NCBI GenBank assembly: GCA_965223545.1
Contig: OZ245006.1
Coordinates: forward strand, 6,656,001 to 6,720,000
Direction of reading: 5' to 3'
DNA from: Planctomycetota bacterium
GTDB taxonomy: Bacteria; Planctomycetota; UBA1135; UBA2386
Length of the DNA stretch: 64,000 nt
Within the stretch, counting starts at the first letter, position 1. The number at the start of each line of letters is the position of its first letter. Both the position numbers and the translations under genes were made by a program. Below the pieces are notes generated by a model. The model searched no databases and was not told the DNA's origin. It worked only from the letters and a program-made list of their open reading frames with translations. Positions 59,181 through 64,000 of this stretch are shown in pieces.

Positions 59181-62100
59181 TATCGGGGGCCGACGAAGAT
59201 GCGGGTGCGCAGGGTCTCGCCTTCGATGTTTAGGTCCGCGGTGCCGTGCCAGCCGAGGGCGCGCTCGGTGATCTCGACGCGGTAGTGGCCGGGGGCGAGG
59301 CCGAGGTGCTCGATGATCAGGCGCTCGGCGGGGACGTCGTAGGTGCGCGCGATCCAGCGTCGCACGGCTGCGTGGCGACCGTCTTGGGGCCGCACTTCGA
59401 TGGCGCAGAGGGCGACTTCGACGGCGTCGTCGCGGGGCGCGAACTGCAGCTCGAGGACGGCGTCGGCGGCGGGGTCGGCGACGACGCGCACGCTGCGTCG
59501 TTCGCCGGGGGTGAGCCGAAGGACTTGTTCGTGGACTGCGATGCCCGGGCCGCTGACCTGAAGGCGCCAGGATCCGGCGCCGAGCGCGGTTGCTGCGTAG
59601 CGACCCGCGCCGTCGCCAGTGGCGTCGATTCGGCTGCCGGAGTCGGGGTTGCGCAGCGTGACGTTGGCGTGCTCGCAGGGGGTGCCTTCTGCGGTTGTGA
59701 CCAGCACGGTGACCGCGGCCGGGGCCGCGAAGACGAGCGCTCCGAGGTCGACCGTTGGGCGGCCGCTGTCGAGCTGCAGCTCGAGCACGCGGGGCGCGCG
59801 ACCGCGAGGCTCGATGCGCAGGTGATACTCGCCGAGCGGCAGCCCGCCGAGTTCGAACGCGCCATCTTCGACCGAGGCGTGGGCGCCGCGCGCCACGGGC
59901 CAAGCCGTCTGCATCAGCGTCAACCGCGCGCCGCCGAGTGCCTGCCCGTGGTCGTCGATCGCGCGGCCGCGGATCGCGCCCCGCGGCTCGGAGACCCGTC
60001 GGGCGACCAGCTCGTGGCGTCGGTTCCCGCTGCGCAGCGGCCCGAACCGCTGTCCAGGGAAGACGTCCGCCTCCGCGCCGCGCCCATGCACCGTGATCAG
60101 ATACTCGCCCGTGGGAATGTCGCTGAAGGACACCACTCCGCTGGCGTCGGTTGCCGCCGTTTCGACGCGGGGCGGTTCGCCGCGGTGCGTGGCCCGCAGC
60201 CAGACGCGCGATAGCGGCGCACCACCTCGGTCGACGATGCGCACCGAGAGCTCGTCGCCGGTCCCCAGCCGCGCGTCCCAGCGCGCGGTGGCGCCGCACT
60301 CGAGGTCCAGGGCCGTGTGCGTCGTGTCGCGCGCGCGGCGCGCAGTCAGCCGCGCGCGCCCCGGCGGAAGGCCCGCCAGAGCGAAGCCGCCGGCGGCATC
60401 GGTTCGGGTCTCGGCTACACCGAGGTCCGACGCCAACGCCGCGAGGTCGAGGCCGGATACCGATAGTCGCACCGCCACGCCTTGGAGCGGCGCGCCGTCT
60501 GCACTCCGCACGGTTCCCGCCACTGCGGCGCCGTCACCGATCGCGAGCTCGAGCCACCGCGGTGCGTCCGGAGTGAGGCGCACGCGCCGTGCCGCGGCGG
60601 TGAACTCTCCACCGTCGGGCGCGCGGGCGATCGCGATGTAGTCGCCCGTCGTGACTTCGTCGGTGCGGAATCCACCGGCCGCATCGCACAGCAGGAGCGT
60701 TCCTCGAGTGGTGCCGTCGACGACCCTCGCCAACGCCACCAGGGCGCCCGGGACTGGTGCCCCGTCGTGCGTGACGCGGCCGGCGATCTCGACGCCGACC
60801 GCCCCGAGCTCGAGGTCGATGGCGACGCGATCCCCGGCCGCGCCGAACACCATCGCGGCGGCCGAGGGCGCCCGACCGGCGGCTCGGGCGCGCAGGCGGG
60901 CGCCCTGCGCGATCGCCGCGACCTCGTATCGGCCGTCGGCGGCGCTGGTCGCGACCAGCAATCCCCCGGGTGGCGATGTCGCGTGGCTGGCCCACACCGA
61001 GGCGCCCGGGACCGGGAGACCGTTGGGCGTCCGGATCGTGCCATGCGCGGTCGGCGCGCCTCGCAGCGTCAAGCTCACCTCGGTCGTGGCTCCGCCGCGC
61101 ACGTGTGCGTCGACAGTTTCCGGTTGGCGGTCCAGCCCCACCCGGTAGGCGCCCGCTGCGAGGTCCTCGAACACGGCGGGTCCGACGGTCGGGTCGAACA
61201 CCGCGGAGCGCGATGGTGCGCTGTTGTCGCCCTCCGTGCGCACGGCGAACACGCGGAGTGCGGACTCGGTCGGCGTTGCCCCGCGCACCGTGACGCGCAG
61301 CGCACCCACCGAGATCGGGGCCGCCGCCGGCGGAGAGGCCGTCGCCCGCGACGCCAGCGTCTCGTCGGCCGTGCCGCCCCGTCCCAAAGGTGCGGCGCGC
61401 AACGCGCGGGTCGCGACACTGGTCGGTGGTTGAGCCGAGGCTGGCCCCGGCGGATCTGCGCGGGTCACGAGCAGCAGCGCGAGCGCAACCAAGCCGAGGC
61501 CGGCACTGCCCGCCCACAGGGTGGTCGACGTCGCCCAGCGATGGGCGGCCACCCGACTGCCCCGTGCAACCTCCGTCGGAGTCGTCGCCAGCGGGGTCCC
61601 GCGGCCCGAGACCCGGGTCAGCAGGCGCGTGCGCACGGCATCGAGCGCGACGGGGGGCGGCCCCGTGTCGACCACCGCGATTCCCGCGAGGCCGGTCGGC
61701 AGCCGCGCCCGCAGCTGATCCAACCCCCGCACCAGTTGGGTCCGCACGGTGCCCGCCGGCCGATCGAGGGTGTCGGCGATCTCTCGACAGCTCAACCCGT
61801 GCTCGAAGTGGAGGACGATGACCTGCCGATAGTGCACGGGCAGCGCCGCCACCGCCTCACGACATACGGCGGCCCGCTCGCGATGCGCGGCATCGCTGGC
61901 CGGTTCCCTTCCTTGCCAAGGGCGGAGGGCGTCGGTCCAGCGCCGTGGGTCGACGCGCCGCCGCCTCCGCCTCCCCTCGTCCCGCGCCCGGTGGACGAGG
62001 ATGCCCAGCAGCCACGGCAGCAGGGGCATTCGCGGATCCCACTGTTCGGCCGTCTCGATCGCCGCCAGGTAGGTCGTCTGCAGCAGATCCTCGGCGCCAC

Positions 62101-62221
62101 CCGTTCCGGCCAGGTACCGGGCGACGCGGGCCAGTTCGGGCGCCGTCGCGTCGAACACCGCCGCCAGTGCGGCGGGGGCCTTGGTGTCGCGAAAGCGCTG
62201 GAAGTCTCGCTCTGGTGTCAT
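59180..62221 (-). CDS. ECF sigma factor fused to a TM helix and repeated carboxypeptidase-regulatory-like (beta-sandwich) domains
   Basis: AEDLLQTT, PWLLGIL, LP..YR.V..L, EIA..L..P.GTVRTQL.RGL; TM near residue 280; repeated G.V...G.P..GA.V...T...G.F. Confidence 0.85.
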   Translation of the reverse strand: MTPERDFQRFRDTKAPAALAAVFDATAPELARVARYLAGTGGAEDLLQTTYLAAIETAEQWDPRMPLLPWLLGILVHRARDEGRRRRRRVDPRRWTDALRPWQGREPASDAAHRERAAVCREAVAALPVHYRQVIVLHFEHGLSCREIADTLDRPAGTVRTQLVRGLDQLRARLPTGLAGIAVVDTGPPPVALDAVRTRLLTRVSGRGTPLATTPTEVARGSRVAAHRWATSTTLWAGSAGLGLVALALLLVTRADPPGPASAQPPTSVATRALRAAPLGRGGTADETLASRATASPPAAAPISVGALRVTVRGATPTESALRVFAVRTEGDNSAPSRSAVFDPTVGPAVFEDLAAGAYRVGLDRQPETVDAHVRGGATTEVSLTLRGAPTAHGTIRTPNGLPVPGASVWASHATSPPGGLLVATSAADGRYEVAAIAQGARLRARAAGRAPSAAAMVFGAAGDRVAIDLELGAVGVEIAGRVTHDGAPVPGALVALARVVDGTTRGTLLLCDAAGGFRTDEVTTGDYIAIARAPDGGEFTAAARRVRLTPDAPRWLELAIGDGAAVAGTVRSADGAPLQGVAVRLSVSGLDLAALASDLGVAETRTDAAGGFALAGLPPGRARLTARRARDTTHTALDLECGATARWDARLGTGDELSVRIVDRGGAPLSRVWLRATHRGEPPRVETAATDASGVVSFSDIPTGEYLITVHGRGAEADVFPGQRFGPLRSGNRRHELVARRVSEPRGAIRGRAIDDHGQALGGARLTLMQTAWPVARGAHASVEDGAFELGGLPLGEYHLRIEPRGRAPRVLELQLDSGRPTVDLGALVFAAPAAVTVLVTTAEGTPCEHANVTLRNPDSGSRIDATGDGAGRYAATALGAGSWRLQVSGPGIAVHEQVLRLTPGERRSVRVVADPAADAVLELQFAPRDDAVEVALCAIEVRPQDGRHAAVRRWIARTYDVPAERLIIEHLGLAPGHYRVEITERALGWHGTADLNIEGETLRTRIFVGPR

Positions 62222-62315
62222 CGCCCGTGCTGCGGGTGGGGCGTCGACAGTGCTACACCAAATCTCGGCGGGCGTGTCGGACAGTCGACCGGCCGCGGAC
62301 GTCGCCCTCCGGCGT

Positions 62316-63611
62316 TCAGCGTCCCCAGTGCTTCATCCAGCGCTCTTCGAGCTCGTCGAGGTCGACCTGATAGATCTCCTGCACCGCGGCCTCGATCGCC
62401 TTCAGGTCGCCGCGCTGGACCTTGCCCACCGCGTGCACGAAGTCGAGGAAGTGCTTCTTGCCAAACCGGCTCTCGCGCAAGAACGCGATGATCGACGCCG
62501 CCTGCAGATAGGCGTTGCCGGAGTTGCTGCCGCCGCGCACTGAGTCGCCGTCGATCGAGCCGAGCAGGCTGGGCACTACGATGAGCTTCTTCAGCGGCAT
62601 GTGCGCGTCCGCCTTGATCTGGTTCTTGACCGAGGCCTTGATCGTATTGGCGCGCTCCGACAGGTAGTCGGCGACGCCCTCCTGGAACCAGGAGCCACCG
62701 CCGCCCAGGCGCAGGCGGTTGCTGAAGATCTGGTGGGTCGCCTCGTGGATGTGTATTGGGTCGTTGGGGGCCTCGTAGTACGTGGCGTAGTAGTCGCGCC
62801 AGGCGTGGCCCTTGGAGCGCTCCGCTTGCTCGCGGTCGCGGCCGGCGACGCGCATGTAGTAGTCGTAGTACTCGTCCGGCAGTCGGAAGAGGAACACCGG
62901 CATCAACCGGCGGCCCTCGACTTCGGGGAAGGGGAACACCTTTTGGATCTCCCGGTAGCACTCCTCCATCTTCTTACCGAACAGCGCGCCGCCGCTGGCG
63001 TTGGTCAGGATGAGGTAGTGCTTCGTGCGCTGGATGCGCAGCTTGCCGTGCAGGTCCTCGGGCGTGTGCTCCTGCCAGCGCGCCCGCGCCTCCTCGTCGG
63101 TCCACACCGGGTCGATGGTCGGGCCCCCGTAGCGCACGCCTTGCTCGAAGAACGTGCGCAGCTGCTTCTCGCCCTTCTTGCCGAGCGCCGGCTTGCAGTG
63201 TGCGCGCAGCTCGTAGGCCCGATTGGCGGTCACTCCGCACAGCGCCCAGGTCTCGGCGTCGTCGGACCGCGCGCGCAGGAGTGCGGCGTACGGGAGCTCG
63301 CCGACCGGTCCGGACACGTACTCGGTGTCGTAGTCCTGCTCGCGGAACGTGTCGCCGCGTGCCACCCACCAGACGACGTCTTCGACCACCACGTCGTCGC
63401 CCCTCTTGTGCAGGATGAGGGTGATCTGCACTTGGGCGCCGTCGAGCTCTCCCGCGAACGTCAACGGGCCCTCGCCCGTGGACCGCTTCTCGAAGCCCTG
63501 CGGCGGCGTCAAGTCGAGCTGCACCGGCCCTGTCGCCGCGTATTGCGCCTTTGCAACGGGTATCGCGATGCACAGCAGAGCGGCAGACTCCAATAAGCGT
63601 TTCGATCTCAT
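62316..63611 (-). CDS. Secreted HEXXH peptidase-like protein (DUF1570/peptidase MA-like)
   Basis: Signal ending AKA|Q, TKHYLI.TN, HEATHQ...WFQEGVADY, Y.QAAS...FL. Confidence 0.78.
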   Translation of the reverse strand: MRSKRLLESAALLCIAIPVAKAQYAATGPVQLDLTPPQGFEKRSTGEGPLTFAGELDGAQVQITLILHKRGDDVVVEDVVWWVARGDTFREQDYDTEYVSGPVGELPYAALLRARSDDAETWALCGVTANRAYELRAHCKPALGKKGEKQLRTFFEQGVRYGGPTIDPVWTDEEARARWQEHTPEDLHGKLRIQRTKHYLILTNASGGALFGKKMEECYREIQKVFPFPEVEGRRLMPVFLFRLPDEYYDYYMRVAGRDREQAERSKGHAWRDYYATYYEAPNDPIHIHEATHQIFSNRLRLGGGGSWFQEGVADYLSERANTIKASVKNQIKADAHMPLKKLIVVPSLLGSIDGDSVRGGSNSGNAYLQAASIIAFLRESRFGKKHFLDFVHAVGKVQRGDLKAIEAAVQEIYQVDLDELEERWMKHWGR

Positions 63612-63844
63612 GGTTCGGTAGAAGGCGTCTCCATCGCGGTAGCGCGCGCGGTGCCGGACGGCGCACGCCGGCATTCTAGCTGGCCGGCGCTTCCCGGCCC
63701 ACCATGCCCTGCGCGTCACCGACTGGGAGTGCTGCTCGAGGCTGATTGTGCCTGGGGTTTCCGGCCGCGCTCGCGTTTCCAAGGGCGACGGGGACAACCA
63801 CGCCCCGTGCCGCCTCTTCCGCGAGCAACGTCGAGGAAAACGAC

Positions 63845-64000
63845 ATGAGCACCTCTTTCTGCCGGGTGCTTCCGCTGGTCGCCGCTCTATGGGCGAGTCC
63901 AACGGTGGCGCAGTCCTTCATCGCCTACCACGACGCCGACGGGAGCGAGCACGACGCTCAGTACCAGAAGTTGTCGAGCTCGGGCTACCGCCTGATCTCG
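63845..64000 (+). CDS. Secreted protein, partial; begins with a polyglycine-hydrolase-like (BTRD1) repeat
   Basis: MSTSFCRVLPLVAALWASPTVAQSFIAYHDADGSEHDAQYQKLSSSGYRLIS; GAGGA SD. Confidence 0.65.
   Translation, partial: MSTSFCRVLPLVAALWASPTVAQSFIAYHDADGSEHDAQYQKLSSSGYRLIS

Overview
High-GC (roughly 70% by eye) bacterial chromosomal segment. It is probably Planctomycetota-like, inferred from the planctomycete-type RpoZ, an ECF-sigma/Ser-Thr-kinase pair and a membrane-tethered ECF. Core genes are an LPS/lipid A cluster (fabD-lpxK-lpxL-like-DHS-like-hldE, a stand-alone RfaE domain II and an LPS kinase), a glutamate dehydrogenase, rnpB, ruvX-manC-AsmA-like, and a long minus-strand operon (CNNM/CBS-recO-bamD-lptE-ftsH-folP-cdaA-cdaR-like-glmM-tsaB). 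Also present are an HDOD-GGDEF protein, Hsp20, HtrA and an AceE-like dehydrogenase. Highlights: (1) a secreted multi-EF-hand deiodinase-like selenoprotein that the ORF track splits at an in-frame TGA (FGSYT-U-PPF), followed by a SECIS-like hairpin and lying divergent from an EF-hand/ECF/kinase module; (2) a tailed bacterial histone (DUF1931/face-to-face type); (3) a strong bias for Gln at +1 after signal peptides, plus a shared C-terminal domain on unrelated secreted proteins; (4) a beta-propeller di-heme protein and a BIME-like repeat array inside the LPS cluster; (5) a REP family, including a perfect 91-nt palindrome that spans two stop codons; (6) a decaying island with IS66 remnants and a low-GC methyltransferase. 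All calls come from motif recognition by eye; no searches were run.
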